Source of the DNA: a bacterium | GTDB taxonomy: Bacteria; Zhuqueibacterota; Zhuqueibacteria; Residuimicrobiales; Oceaniaggregativiventaceae | Reading direction: 5' to 3' | Assembly (NCBI GenBank): GCA_029565675.1 | Contig: JAKQNP010000003.1 | Location: 1,294-65,293, forward strand | Length of the DNA stretch: 64,000 nt | In this document: positions 1 to 10,010 of the stretch, in pieces | Layout: each line of letters opens with the position of its first letter | How positions within the stretch are numbered: position 1 is the first letter of the stretch | Translations under genes and position numbers: made by a program | Notes under the pieces: generated by a model | The model's database searches: none | The model's input: the letters and a program-made list of their open reading frames with translations, nothing else | Told to the model about the DNA's origin: nothing

Positions 1-300
1 GGAAGAAGCTGCAGGTGCGGATGACGGAGTGCCATAAATCCCGATTAAACGTTTGTACTTGCTGTCCAAAATCCGCAATTCGACATTTTGGGGATCCTGG
101 GCGCGGATCTGATCGATTTTGACCTTGATTTCAGACAACTTGGCTGCCGCAGCTGCGTGATCGCTCATGTTTTCCACCGCACGAAGACCGGCAGAGGCCT
201 CCTTGGCCAATGCTTTGAGATCGGCACAATCCGCAGTTTGCCCAAGAGCGGAAAACAAAACCAGTGCGACAACAAGAATTGTGAGTTCCACCTTATGCAT
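1..300 (-). CDS. hypothetical secreted protein; 3' part lies outside the window
   Basis: Absent from the ORF track because it runs off the window edge. ATG at 300-298 with AGGAG at 314-310, 9 nt upstream. Translation MHKVELTILVVALVLFSALGQTADC... looks like a signal peptide. The frame stays open to position 1. Confidence 0.5.
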   Translation of the reverse strand, partial: MHKVELTILVVALVLFSALGQTADCADLKALAKEASAGLRAVENMSDHAAAAAKLSEIKVKIDQIRAQDPQNVELRILDSKYKRLIGIYGTPSSAPAASS

Positions 301-551
301 TGTACGGTTCTCCTGCAATGATTCGCGGTTAAAAACGGTTGTTTGTCGTTTCTGACGTTAATCGGTTTTGGTGAATTGTAGGCATTTTACCTTTTTCGCG
401 CAATCGATTTTTATCTCTGCGGCCATTTTTTTACCTTCGAGCCTTTGATAGCGTTTTATGGCAGAGAAAAACAAGAGCACAGCGATCGATCAGCCAAGGC
501 TCCCGGGCATCGATTGCATCTCTTTTCATCTGGTCAGGACTCAATTTGCAC

Positions 552-1925
552 CTACTCTTCAGGGTGGATCTCGGCGACAAAGCAGCCATATCGTTCAGCC
601 GGATCCGTGTCGTTGGTATAAAGGTGTTCGAGTTTATTATAGACGGCGATCAGAGCATCGCCCCAGATGGCGAGATCGGGCGACGAATTGTACTTGCGAT
701 CCTGAACCAGAACCGTGGTTTCGACGTTCTTGCTGTCGATTTGGATAGTCGAAAGGGCGATATCATGGTAAAAATAGTCGGTGCCCGGGTAATTCATGCT
801 CGATTTATAGACCAGCCAGAAGCGATCGCCGTATTGCACGCCTTTGGCATAGCGGTTGCGCACCTGATCGTTGATCAACATGCGGTCGTGAAAACTCTTG
901 CCGTCGAAAAAAACCGCATAAAGCGGTTCAACGTCCTCATTGCTGCGGCTAAAGGGCTGCAAATCGGAATAGAGGATGATCAATTCATCGCCGAACACCG
1001 AGATCGACGGACCATAGACCAGGCTGCTGCCGGATCCATCATCGATAAAGAAAGAATCGGCAAAGCATTTCGTGTCCGGATCGAATTGGCGAAGAACGAT
1101 CTGGGTTTTCCAGCTGTACACGCCTCCATCCGGATCGTCAACCTGATCGAGAGAAACCACCCACAGCTTATCACGCCAGCTCTGGATCCCTCCTTCCCAG
1201 GCCCGCGCTCCGGTTTGCGCGCCCTGGCTGCGCAGCAGAATATCGAATTCTTGGCTGTCAAAGTCATAGACGCCGATGCCCATCCGGTAATAGTTTTCGG
1301 CCAGTTCGATATCGTTCCAGGTGACATAGAGCTTGTCTTGATGTAAGGTCGCATCCTGGATGCCGATATAACTCCTGGTCGCCTCGACGAGCCGCTTTTG
1401 CTCGAGCAACTGGAATTGGCGATCATAGACCGACAGGTACAGACCCAACGATTGGCCGGCTCGCATATCCGATCCCATTTCAACCGAGTAGAGTTTATCC
1501 TGATAGATTTCGACCGCCGGGTAGAGCGATGCCGGTATAAACCCTTCGAGCGGTCGCTCGGCACAGAGCTGGGCTTTTTGCCAACTGCGCTCTTGGGATT
1601 CGGCGGTGGTCACGGTCTGGACCGGGCTGAGCCGCTGCGGTCTTTCTTCGAGGCGCACCCGAATTTGGTAACGGGTGTCCGGTTGCAGGAAGATCAGCGA
1701 GTAGGGGCGTTCGAAAACCTGCGCACAGCTTTGCCAGTGATGCTCGCCTGCCCGGCGATAAAAAACAGTGCTCGCTGCAGAAGAAGGATCCCAATTCAGC
1801 AACACCTGGTCGCTGTGGACCTTTTCGATTTTCAATTGCACATCGCCATAACTCGAGCCGGGGGTTTGCACTGGGCTGCAATTAAAAATCGACAGCAATA
1901 GAAAGAAAACCAGCAAATTCTTCAT
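552..1925 (-). CDS. secreted protein with fibronectin-III-like segment, function unknown
   Basis: Track ORF 552..2027. Start moved to the ATG at 1925, which has GGAGGAGAG just upstream. N-terminus MKNLLVFFLLLSIFNCSP is signal/lipoprotein-like. The segment VLLNWDPSS...TRYQIRVRL is FN3-like. The rest matches no family I recognise. Confidence 0.65.
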   Translation of the reverse strand: MKNLLVFFLLLSIFNCSPVQTPGSSYGDVQLKIEKVHSDQVLLNWDPSSAASTVFYRRAGEHHWQSCAQVFERPYSLIFLQPDTRYQIRVRLEERPQRLSPVQTVTTAESQERSWQKAQLCAERPLEGFIPASLYPAVEIYQDKLYSVEMGSDMRAGQSLGLYLSVYDRQFQLLEQKRLVEATRSYIGIQDATLHQDKLYVTWNDIELAENYYRMGIGVYDFDSQEFDILLRSQGAQTGARAWEGGIQSWRDKLWVVSLDQVDDPDGGVYSWKTQIVLRQFDPDTKCFADSFFIDDGSGSSLVYGPSISVFGDELIILYSDLQPFSRSNEDVEPLYAVFFDGKSFHDRMLINDQVRNRYAKGVQYGDRFWLVYKSSMNYPGTDYFYHDIALSTIQIDSKNVETTVLVQDRKYNSSPDLAIWGDALIAVYNKLEHLYTNDTDPAERYGCFVAEIHPEE

Positions 1926-1987
1926 CTCTCCTCCAATATGATGGATAACAGTGGCAGTATGGTCCTTATTAAGACACCAACCTAAAC

Positions 1988-2013
1988 CCGGATTCGGTAC
2001 GCAGCACCGGATC
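1988..2013. repeat. degenerate, inverted copy of the 29-bp palindrome family
   Basis: ccggattcggtacgcagcaccggatc, in the intergenic gap between the genes ending at 1925 and 2217. Confidence 0.7.
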
Positions 2014-2216
2014 TCACAGAAAATCAATCTGATAGCAATTCATGAAGGTTGAAAGTAGCCTTTTCGTGAACGCATCAAGAATAAGCGACTGAATGTTTTT
2101 TGATTCGGTTAACACCGAACCTGGGATAAACATCAGCTTGATTTATTAACATAAACGATATGTAAATGCAAATCCAACTCGTATCGACATCACCCAAAAA
2201 TTTGTTATTTTGCGAT

Positions 2217-2912
2217 TTAAAACCCATAGACAAAGGCAAACCAGAACAGCCGATCCAAATGCGCATCGGCAGTGAGGGAATAATGCCACGAGACGGCGAC
2301 ATGGTCATCGACTGCTTTGGTGGCCGATAAAAGCAGATAACTCACTGCATTTTTGATCGGCGGGTCCAGCCATTTGCTGGAATAGGTCCCATATGCGAAA
2401 ACAAGCCGGACATCTGCGCCGACCAGGGCAGTGTTGAACGAGGCTTCGAGCCAATAATCCGATCTGTTGCGGCTGTTGCGGGTGCTCTTTTGCCTGGGTA
2501 CATAGGCTGCAGAGAATCCCGCCAAACCGAACTCGAATTCGCCATAGAGTTCAGTTTCATATTTTGCATCTTCATTAAAACTCGCGAACCAATCATAAGT
2601 ATAAAAAGTCAATCCAACTGCTGCCGTCGCGGGTCCTATCGGCGAACCGAACTCGAGGTAGGGTTGATTTTCAATCATGGCGTCATCAGCAGAACCGACA
2701 CTCGAGTACCACAATCCAACGGCAAGAGGCTTTATTGACAATTCTGCGGTTCCCTGCAAAGCCGGCCCGCTGAATTGTTGAATTCCGCGCCAGCAATAGG
2801 TTGTCACCAGGGTCGCGTCACCGGAAAATTCGATCTGCGCGATAGCACTTGCTGAGATCACGATAAACAAGCAAAAAAACAAAGGCATCCGCGCCATCTT
2901 GTTGGGTACCAT
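2217..2912 (-). CDS. outer-membrane beta-barrel protein, TorF/Gcw_chp-like
   Basis: Signal peptide ending ...SASAIAQ. Alternating beta-strand pattern. TTYCWRGIQQ resembles the Y-x-[FW]-R-G motif of the Gcw_chp family. C-terminal aromatic ...FVYGF. The true start may be the ATG at 2897. Confidence 0.6.
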   Translation of the reverse strand: MVPNKMARMPLFFCLFIVISASAIAQIEFSGDATLVTTYCWRGIQQFSGPALQGTAELSIKPLAVGLWYSSVGSADDAMIENQPYLEFGSPIGPATAAVGLTFYTYDWFASFNEDAKYETELYGEFEFGLAGFSAAYVPRQKSTRNSRNRSDYWLEASFNTALVGADVRLVFAYGTYSSKWLDPPIKNAVSYLLLSATKAVDDHVAVSWHYSLTADAHLDRLFWFAFVYGF

Positions 2913-3122
2913 GGGGTCGGACCAGATTAAAATGCTGATTAATAATTTTTTAGGATATTTTTTCTTTCAAAAAGAAGGCTTAGCAGCCATTTTTATACCA
3001 TAAAAAAGACTTTATAGCCTAACTGTTGAGCAAAAGTCTGAAGAAAGGGCTCTTGGCCAACAGCCAATGATTCGGACCAATTGGAATTTTGTCTATTATC
3101 GTCTTTTCGCTATCCCCAGTTG

Positions 3123-5246
3123 CTATTTTGGTCCGACCCACAGTTCGATGATATCCGCCGTCTCCAGCCGCGGCAGCAGGATGCGATTATCCGTCGAGTC
3201 TACCTTTAACTCTTTCTGCAATGCACAGCTGTAGGCGCGGCGAATCGGTTGCGAGTCGCAAATCCGGATATAAAGATCGGTCACCCTAGTCTGCTGAACA
3301 AACGGCCGATGCGGTCCGGCACTATAGTTGACCAGATGCAGAATCTGTTTATTTCCCTGCCCTCGCCAGCTGATCTCCAGATGAGAAGGCGACGGATCGA
3401 TGACGATGCCCTCTCCCGTATGCTGCCTGATTATGGAAGAGAACAACTGGCGATATTCCGGCACATGGTAAAACCGATACATTTGGCTGAAAGAGCCCGC
3501 CAGATAATAACACGTGCCTTTGCCAAAGGAATTACGGGTAAGGAAGGGGCGCTCCGGCGGCAGCAATTCGACATATCTGCCGGTCAATTCGCCCAAAGCT
3601 TTTGCCAGCACTTGCACGCCTTCGCGGACCCGCACCCGAGCACCGTGCAAAGGTAACGGCCACAGCACCAGCGAATCGACCCCCGCGAAATGAGCGGTCG
3701 GCTCGAGACGGAAATAATTCCAGTTGTTGTGTCGCAAATACATCGTGTCAAGAGAAACACCAAAGAGATCAGTCAATGCAAAATCAGGCAGTCGTTTACC
3801 GCGCTCATCATAAGCGGAAACGTCCAACTCGGCGATCAACGTCCCCCCCTGTTCAACCCATTGGCGCAGCGCCTGCGCCATGGCTTGGCTCATCGCCCCC
3901 TGAGCCGGAATTATGATCGTTTTGTATTGCTGCCAATCGGCCGTTTCCGGCTGCAGATCCGTGATCAGATCAAAGGGAATCTGGCTCTCGATCAGCATAT
4001 CCATCACGCCCTGCAGCGCTTTTTCCGCGTTCAGAATCGATTCGGCTTTTGCCGAGCCGTCTGCGGGAGTTTTGGAATCAGGCGCATAGAATCGCGCACT
4101 GGCAAAGCTGTAAACAACCGCCACCTGGGCCAAGGAGTGCGTATTCGACAAAAGAGCCTCGTTATCGCGATAGAATCGCAAGATCTCGCCGGCGGCGCGC
4201 CCTCCCGGAGTTTGCAGCAGCGCAGTGGAACCATGCAGACCATACCAGATGTTGGCCCCATTGGCAATAGTCGAAGCGATGCACAACCTGGTCTCCAGCG
4301 GTGAATGCAGCCACCAATTCCATGGTTTGTGGTCTGCGGCCATAAAAATGACCCGTGGCTTTTCCGGCGCAACCGCTTCCAGGATTTTTGCTGCAAAAGA
4401 GGGTTTCCACAGAAATTCGTCTTGTGCCGGACCATACGGCATAAACCCGCCTTCGGTGCCGACAATATCGTTGTAGGCCAATGCCTGGTCCAGATTGACG
4501 CACAAATCACGAATATGCAAAATCGGCAGATTGATGTAAAAAACTTTATCCGGATAGCGCTCTTTCCAGTTCGCATAAGCTTTGCCCAAAAAAGCATCGC
4601 GAGAATCGGCATTGAATTGCCAGAACTGCTCGGCAGTGCCATCTTTTTTATCGACGCCAAAACGATTCTTGAAGGCCGATTGGCAATGCGAACAAAAACA
4701 GCCCTCGTCCCGCAAAACCGGCCCATCAAGGAAAATACCGTCAACATCCAGGTCAGAGATCTGCTCGAGCAGCCTAAAAAACTCATCCCGCCACGGACTG
4801 TTGATGCATACCGAAGGATAGGTATCATAAAAGAAGGTCACGTTTCCCTGTCGATCGCGCTGCGACCATTCGTGGCGGCGATCGAATAAAGAAGGTCCAA
4901 GGACGTGCACATTCCAATAGAGAATGACCCGGATTCCCCTCGCATGTGCCTCGCGCACATATTCCTGCAAAATTTCGCGGTGCTTTTCCGGGCTGTAGAT
5001 GGAAGAATAGAGATCAGCCATCGGATGGAAAAGCTGCTCGACATTGAATCCCATCTCTTGCCAGACATCGATCACCGCCAGATTATCCGCCTCAAAGTCG
5101 CACTGCAGGGCAGCGATGCGCATCGGCCGCTCATACCAGTGAGCCATGGGCAGGACAAGGGGATCATCTGCTCTCTTATCGCTTGCAAACAACGAACCGC
5201 AGAGCAAGGACGACAAAACAATGACGTGTAAAAAAGTTCTATGCAT
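3123..5246 (-). CDS. glycoside-hydrolase-like TIM-barrel protein (GHL6-type) with GH42-type trimerisation-like domain
   Basis: Track ORF 3123..5402. Start moved to the ATG at 5246, giving signal peptide MHRTFLHVIVLSSLLCGSLFA. Motifs DGIFLDGP and CFCSHCQSAFKNRFG are typical of GHL6-like proteins. The central VAVVYSF...KTIIIPAQG...GGTLIAE pattern matches the GH42 middle domain. Confidence 0.65.
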   Translation of the reverse strand: MHRTFLHVIVLSSLLCGSLFASDKRADDPLVLPMAHWYERPMRIAALQCDFEADNLAVIDVWQEMGFNVEQLFHPMADLYSSIYSPEKHREILQEYVREAHARGIRVILYWNVHVLGPSLFDRRHEWSQRDRQGNVTFFYDTYPSVCINSPWRDEFFRLLEQISDLDVDGIFLDGPVLRDEGCFCSHCQSAFKNRFGVDKKDGTAEQFWQFNADSRDAFLGKAYANWKERYPDKVFYINLPILHIRDLCVNLDQALAYNDIVGTEGGFMPYGPAQDEFLWKPSFAAKILEAVAPEKPRVIFMAADHKPWNWWLHSPLETRLCIASTIANGANIWYGLHGSTALLQTPGGRAAGEILRFYRDNEALLSNTHSLAQVAVVYSFASARFYAPDSKTPADGSAKAESILNAEKALQGVMDMLIESQIPFDLITDLQPETADWQQYKTIIIPAQGAMSQAMAQALRQWVEQGGTLIAELDVSAYDERGKRLPDFALTDLFGVSLDTMYLRHNNWNYFRLEPTAHFAGVDSLVLWPLPLHGARVRVREGVQVLAKALGELTGRYVELLPPERPFLTRNSFGKGTCYYLAGSFSQMYRFYHVPEYRQLFSSIIRQHTGEGIVIDPSPSHLEISWRGQGNKQILHLVNYSAGPHRPFVQQTRVTDLYIRICDSQPIRRAYSCALQKELKVDSTDNRILLPRLETADIIELWVGPK

Positions 5247-5612
5247 GGCTACCTCGCTTTCAGGCTCGACCTTACCGCTAAAAAAGGACATCGACTGGCA
5301 CCGTTCAATACGATCTTTGACTGGCATTGCCGACAGCTGACCGGCGTCAATCAAACAATTGCGCGGTTTCATCCCTGCTGCAATAAACAAAGCGCGCAGC
5401 AAAAAACCAAATGAAAATCCTGGTTTTTTCCAAGTTCACAAAACTCCCAAGGCCCACTGCAAAACAACGCTTTTTTCTTGCATCGCAGTGAAAATTTTCG
5501 TTAACTGAAAGGCGTTCCGTTTGGGAAGCGCACTGTAGTGGTGCCCAAAATGACCCTGCAGAACCAGACAGCTGTCACCTCGACCACAAGAGAACCACAA
5601 AAGGAGGATTAA

Positions 5613-7694
5613 ATGCGTCATCTCGTCATCGCTCTGTTGCTGTGCCTTTTTAGCCTGGCCGCAGCGGCCGAATCACGACCTATCGCTCTCTTTGATATGA
5701 ATGGCGACTGGGAAGCCGCGGGCGATTTGCCCTGGCAAGCGTTGATCCTCAGCCTGCAGGGACATGCCAACGCAAAACAGGCGGAGCTCTATCTCACCTA
5801 TCCGCCGGACTATAAGCACCCCAATGTCCAGGGTATTCTCGACTATTATCTGCAGCGCCACCAGTTGCAGCCGACCCCTTTGCGATCCGTGGAAGAGGCC
5901 TTGCAGCGTTTTCATGCTGCAGTCAGCGGCGTGGTCGTCTGGGACCCACAGGTTCTGCCGTCGCTTATGGTTGCGTTTACTGTTTCGGGTTTGGAAAACG
6001 CGCTGGTGGTAACCGAAGCGCAACTGCCGCTGGTCAAGAAATACAAACTGCCGATTGTCGCCGATTTTCGCGGCAAATTTCAGGGGCAAAGCGACCGAGA
6101 CATTTTCCAATGGGCCTATGACCAGTATTTCAGTCGCTGCAACAAGGATATTCTGGTCTATCTGGGTGAATGGTGCACCGGACTCAACAATCGTCCGGGT
6201 ATGCGGCCGGGTATCGCCGATTTTGGCATTCTGCACCGCTGTTTTTTCACCGATCTTTCCGCCAGCCCCGCGGATGCCGATGAGTTTCAACTGGCCGACC
6301 GCATCATGGCGGAGATGAACGATTATGCCTATGTCTTTGGCTGGCATTCCTATTGCAAGGACCAAGAACCCGAACACCTGACGCTGGTATCGAAAAACGC
6401 CCTGGTGATCGCGGAAGGGCTGGCCACCTTTCCAAACTTGAGCTTTCACGCTCGCTTGCCGGTGGCTGGTGATTTCGATTTCAAACAAAAAGCATTGTTT
6501 AACCCTGATCCCGAGGTTGAAGACAAGGTCTATATCGCTCTGATCCAAAGCGACGGTATGGGGATCGGTTCCTGGGGGCGCAGCGGCCGCGGCAGTATTC
6601 CGTATGGTTGGGAAACCAATATGGAATGGATCGATTTTGCCCCGGCACTGCTGCAATACTATTACGAAACCGCCACCGAACAGGACCACTTTATCGGCAG
6701 TCTCAGCGGTCCTGGCTACCTCTATCCCAAGGCCTATCCTCCTGACAAACTGCCCGGTGTCTTGCAGCGCGCCGACGCATATATGCGGCGATGTGATCTG
6801 CACGTCTTTGGTATCATGGATTTTTCGGAAGGCGACGGCCGGGTTGGACAGGTCGATTTGCCCAAAAAGATTGTCGATGCCTATTATGAAAATATGGCCC
6901 AACCGCTCGGATTCATCAACGGCTATGGACCGGCAAACACCTACGACTGTCGGGATGGGCGACCGCTGATCTCCTATACCTATTATGTCGACATTCGAAA
7001 AACCGAGGAACAAGTCGCCGAAGATTTTCGCGAACTGGCACGTCTCAATCCGCAGCGTCCGTTTTATGTGCCGGTGCATGTGCGGGAAAACAATGATGTG
7101 GAACGCATGAGCAAAATCATGCGCTTGTTAGGACCAGAGTTTAAGGTGGTGCCGCCGGAAGAGCTGATGATTCTGGCTGGTAAAAAGCCCAACTTTACAA
7201 ACCGCTATCTCGATCACCATCCCGACTATTCCGGCACCTGGCGGTTGGATGCCCAGGCGAGCCAGAACGCCATGTCGACGGTTGTTGAACTGGAAATCGA
7301 TCAGCGCGGCAGCGATCTGCGTTACACCACGACAGCCTGGCACAGCCGTTTTATCCACCACCGCAAACTGCGCACCGACCGCCAATTGAAAATCGGCGGC
7401 CCGGCGGTCTGGGGCGCCGATGAACGAACTCGGCGCATGGGTTTTCTCGCCGCCTGGTCAGATTCGGTTTGGACACGTGCAGAATGGAGTGCTGACGGTC
7501 AAATTCTGCGACTGATAACTGAAGTCGAATTGCAGATTCAGCAAGGCACGGCGCGAACAACTTTCATTGCCGATCACCAGCTTTCCGACGGCGGCATGAC
7601 CCTGACGATCAACGAGTACCGACTGAGCCGCGACAGCGATGAACCGGTCACCGTTTTTGTCTATCGCCGGCAATTGGAACAGCTGCCGAAATAG
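5613..7694 (+). CDS. GxGYxYP-family putative glycoside hydrolase, secreted
   Basis: AAGGAGG RBS 6 nt upstream of the ATG. Signal peptide MRHLVIALLLCLFSLAAAAE. The family motif is present literally as SGPGYLYP. Confidence 0.75.
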   Translation: MRHLVIALLLCLFSLAAAAESRPIALFDMNGDWEAAGDLPWQALILSLQGHANAKQAELYLTYPPDYKHPNVQGILDYYLQRHQLQPTPLRSVEEALQRFHAAVSGVVVWDPQVLPSLMVAFTVSGLENALVVTEAQLPLVKKYKLPIVADFRGKFQGQSDRDIFQWAYDQYFSRCNKDILVYLGEWCTGLNNRPGMRPGIADFGILHRCFFTDLSASPADADEFQLADRIMAEMNDYAYVFGWHSYCKDQEPEHLTLVSKNALVIAEGLATFPNLSFHARLPVAGDFDFKQKALFNPDPEVEDKVYIALIQSDGMGIGSWGRSGRGSIPYGWETNMEWIDFAPALLQYYYETATEQDHFIGSLSGPGYLYPKAYPPDKLPGVLQRADAYMRRCDLHVFGIMDFSEGDGRVGQVDLPKKIVDAYYENMAQPLGFINGYGPANTYDCRDGRPLISYTYYVDIRKTEEQVAEDFRELARLNPQRPFYVPVHVRENNDVERMSKIMRLLGPEFKVVPPEELMILAGKKPNFTNRYLDHHPDYSGTWRLDAQASQNAMSTVVELEIDQRGSDLRYTTTAWHSRFIHHRKLRTDRQLKIGGPAVWGADERTRRMGFLAAWSDSVWTRAEWSADGQILRLITEVELQIQQGTARTTFIADHQLSDGGMTLTINEYRLSRDSDEPVTVFVYRRQLEQLPK

Positions 7695-7860
7695 TTGAAA
7701 ATTCAAGTTTTTCGGAACAGGCACTTGTCAGCAGTCAGCGGAAAGCATCAACACGGATCTGTCGGTCGGCTTCTGAATCAGGCCTTTGGGGGGGCGGATA
7801 ACCGACGGCAACGCTGATCCTGTGCCAGAAATCGTCGTCGACTGTTGGAGTATTCTTTGT

Positions 7861-7894
7861 CGCGAATGTCCGGTCTGTTGACCGGACATTCGCG
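7861..7894. promoter_or_regulatory. perfect 15-bp inverted repeat with a 4-nt spacer (operator or terminator hairpin)
   Basis: cgcgaatgtccggtc-tgtt-gaccggacattcgcg read directly. It lies 167 nt after the stop at 7694 and 115 nt before the ATG at 8009. It is followed only by tatttg, a weak U-tract. Confidence 0.5.
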
Positions 7895-8008
7895 TATTTG
7901 GGGTATCGATTTCGCTTGCAATCCTTGCGTCTGTTTTTTACTATTAAGGATGATATTCGAGCCATCACCAACGCGGTCAGGGAGATAACCAAGCCAGGGA
8001 GACACCTC

Positions 8009-9463
8009 ATGCTATTGAAACATTTTTTTCTAAAAAAAATCGCCCACAGTTCATATATCTTGGCCGGCAACAAAACCTGCGCCGTAATCGACCCCCAGCG
8101 GGATGTCGATATTTATATCAGCGAAGCACGTGCGATGGGTGTAGACATTACCCACATCCTGCAAACTCATCTGCATGCTGATTTCATCTCCGGCCATATG
8201 GATTTGGCAGAAAAAACCGGCGCCAAAATTTATGTGGCCAAATCCGCTCGCTGTACATTTGATCATGTTGGTTTATCTGAGGGCGACACCATCGTTCTGG
8301 AAAACATGCAGTTGAACGTGCTGGAAACACCCGGGCATACGCCGGAACACATCTGCTATGTGGTGCACGATACCAATCGCGGCGAGACGCCGGTCGGCGT
8401 TTTTGTCGGAGACACGCTGTTTATCGGCGACGTCGGCAGGCCCGATCTATTCCCCGATGTTGCCGTTGAACTGGCCGGCAAACTCTTCCATAGTCTGCAC
8501 GACAAATTGCTCAAGCTGCCCGATTATTGTGAAGTCTATCCGGCGCATGGAGCGGGCTCTCTGTGCGGCCGGGCCATGGGCGCCAAATGGCAGAGCACCA
8601 TCGGCTACGAGCGCCGATACAATTCCGCATTGCAAATCCACGACAAAGCCAAGTTCATCAAATCCCTTACTGAGGATATGCCCCCGGCACCGGACCATTT
8701 CAGCCGCTGCAGCGACATCAATCGTCGTGGGCCGGCTAAATTAGCCGATTTGCCCGAGATGTCCGAGCTGAATGCGGCTGAATTCAATAAGCAGCTGCAA
8801 AATCCCGATGTGGAAGTGCTGGATTGCCGCAGCTATCACGCCTTCGGCAGTCAGCATCTTCAAGGGGCATGGCATCTCGACCTCAATGGCAATTTCCCGA
8901 CTTTTACAGGCTGGGTCATGGCACCGAACAAAAATATACTGTTGGTCGCCGATGAATATAAAAAAGCTCTGGAAGCAAAGGTGTGGGCCTCTCGCGTCGG
9001 CATCGATCAAATCGTAGGCTATCTGGATGGCGGCATGGCCGCCTGGGCGGTGGCTGGTCTGCCAACTCGACACATCCGGCAAATGTCGGCCGCGGATTTA
9101 CATGATATGATCAGCGGCACAGCGAAATTTGTCCTGGTGGACGTCCGCGCACCCCTCGAGTTCGAAGATAACCACATCAAGGGCGCCATCAACATTCCGG
9201 TAGCCGACCTCCGCACTCGCCACAACGAGTTGCACAAGGAAAAGCCGACCATCCTCATCTGCAGCTCGGGAAATCGGTCGAGCCTTGCCAGCAGCATCCT
9301 AAGCCGTCACGGCTTTCAAAACCTTTTCAATGTCGCCGGTGGAATGAGCGGCTACAGCGCTGCCGGTTTTACACGACAATGCCATGTTTGCGAAAATCCT
9401 CATGGCTCCCGCTTCTTCAGCCGAATCGATGAGGTCAAAAAACACTGGGATTCAACCGAATAG
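8009..9463 (+). CDS. MBL-fold metallo-hydrolase (persulfide-dioxygenase-like) fused to two rhodanese-homology domains
   Basis: Track ORF 7898..9463. Start moved to the ATG at 8009, preceded by GGGAGA. Metal motif THLHADFISGH. The first rhodanese-like domain lacks the active Cys (LLVADEYKK). The second has the CSSGNRS active-site loop. Confidence 0.85.
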   Translation: MLLKHFFLKKIAHSSYILAGNKTCAVIDPQRDVDIYISEARAMGVDITHILQTHLHADFISGHMDLAEKTGAKIYVAKSARCTFDHVGLSEGDTIVLENMQLNVLETPGHTPEHICYVVHDTNRGETPVGVFVGDTLFIGDVGRPDLFPDVAVELAGKLFHSLHDKLLKLPDYCEVYPAHGAGSLCGRAMGAKWQSTIGYERRYNSALQIHDKAKFIKSLTEDMPPAPDHFSRCSDINRRGPAKLADLPEMSELNAAEFNKQLQNPDVEVLDCRSYHAFGSQHLQGAWHLDLNGNFPTFTGWVMAPNKNILLVADEYKKALEAKVWASRVGIDQIVGYLDGGMAAWAVAGLPTRHIRQMSAADLHDMISGTAKFVLVDVRAPLEFEDNHIKGAINIPVADLRTRHNELHKEKPTILICSSGNRSSLASSILSRHGFQNLFNVAGGMSGYSAAGFTRQCHVCENPHGSRFFSRIDEVKKHWDSTE

Positions 9464-9478
9464 ACAAAGGATGGTGAC

Positions 9479-9997
9479 ATGAATTATTTGACTGAACTGC
9501 GCTGGTCTCCCTACCTGGTTGGAGCGGGAATCGGCATTCTGAGCTGGTTCAGCTTTCTCTTTGCCAAGCAGCCGATCAGCTGCTCCACATCGTTTGCCCG
9601 CACCAGCGGCATGATCGAACGGGTTTTGCGCGGCAAAAAGGTTCAGGAAAAAGCCTATTACCAAAAATTCAAGCTGATTGTCGACTGGCAGTGGATGCTG
9701 GTCGTGGGTATCGTCATCGGATCGTTCCTCTCGGCACTGCTTTCCGGCGATCTGCATCTGCAGTGGGTGCCCGACTTGTGGCAATCGGCCTTTGGCGGCA
9801 ATCCGCTGCTGCGTATGATCGCCGCTATGATCGGCGGAATTTTCCTCGGATTTGGTGCCCGTTGGGCCAACGGTTGCACCAGCGGACACGGCATCAGCGG
9901 TACGCTGCAGCTGGCGGTCTCCAGCTGGATTTCCGCCATCTGCTTTTTCATCGGTGGTATTCTGGCTGCATATTTTATCTATCACATCATTGCCTGA
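9479..9997 (+). CDS. YeeE/YedE-family sulfur-compound transport membrane protein
   Basis: Polytopic membrane protein with the conserved GCTSGHGISG loop. It starts 16 nt after the upstream stop. Confidence 0.8.
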   Translation: MNYLTELRWSPYLVGAGIGILSWFSFLFAKQPISCSTSFARTSGMIERVLRGKKVQEKAYYQKFKLIVDWQWMLVVGIVIGSFLSALLSGDLHLQWVPDLWQSAFGGNPLLRMIAAMIGGIFLGFGARWANGCTSGHGISGTLQLAVSSWISAICFFIGGILAAYFIYHIIA

Positions 9998-10010
9998 GGT
10001 TGAGGAAAAG

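Noticed and set aside
2914-3139. An 11-bp inverted repeat (gggtcggacca at 2914-2924, tggtccgaccc at 3129-3139) flanking the 2913-3122 spacer, suggesting MITE-like termini.
   Set aside because: The right arm lies inside the last codons (WVGPK) of the 3123-5246 gene. There is no target duplication or second copy in the window. An 11-mer match is weak evidence on its own.
7735-8073. A 112-codon minus-strand ORF in the spacer upstream of the MBL-rhodanese gene.
   Set aside because: It overlaps the well-supported start of the plus-strand gene. It has no RBS or motif and spans the 34-nt palindrome.
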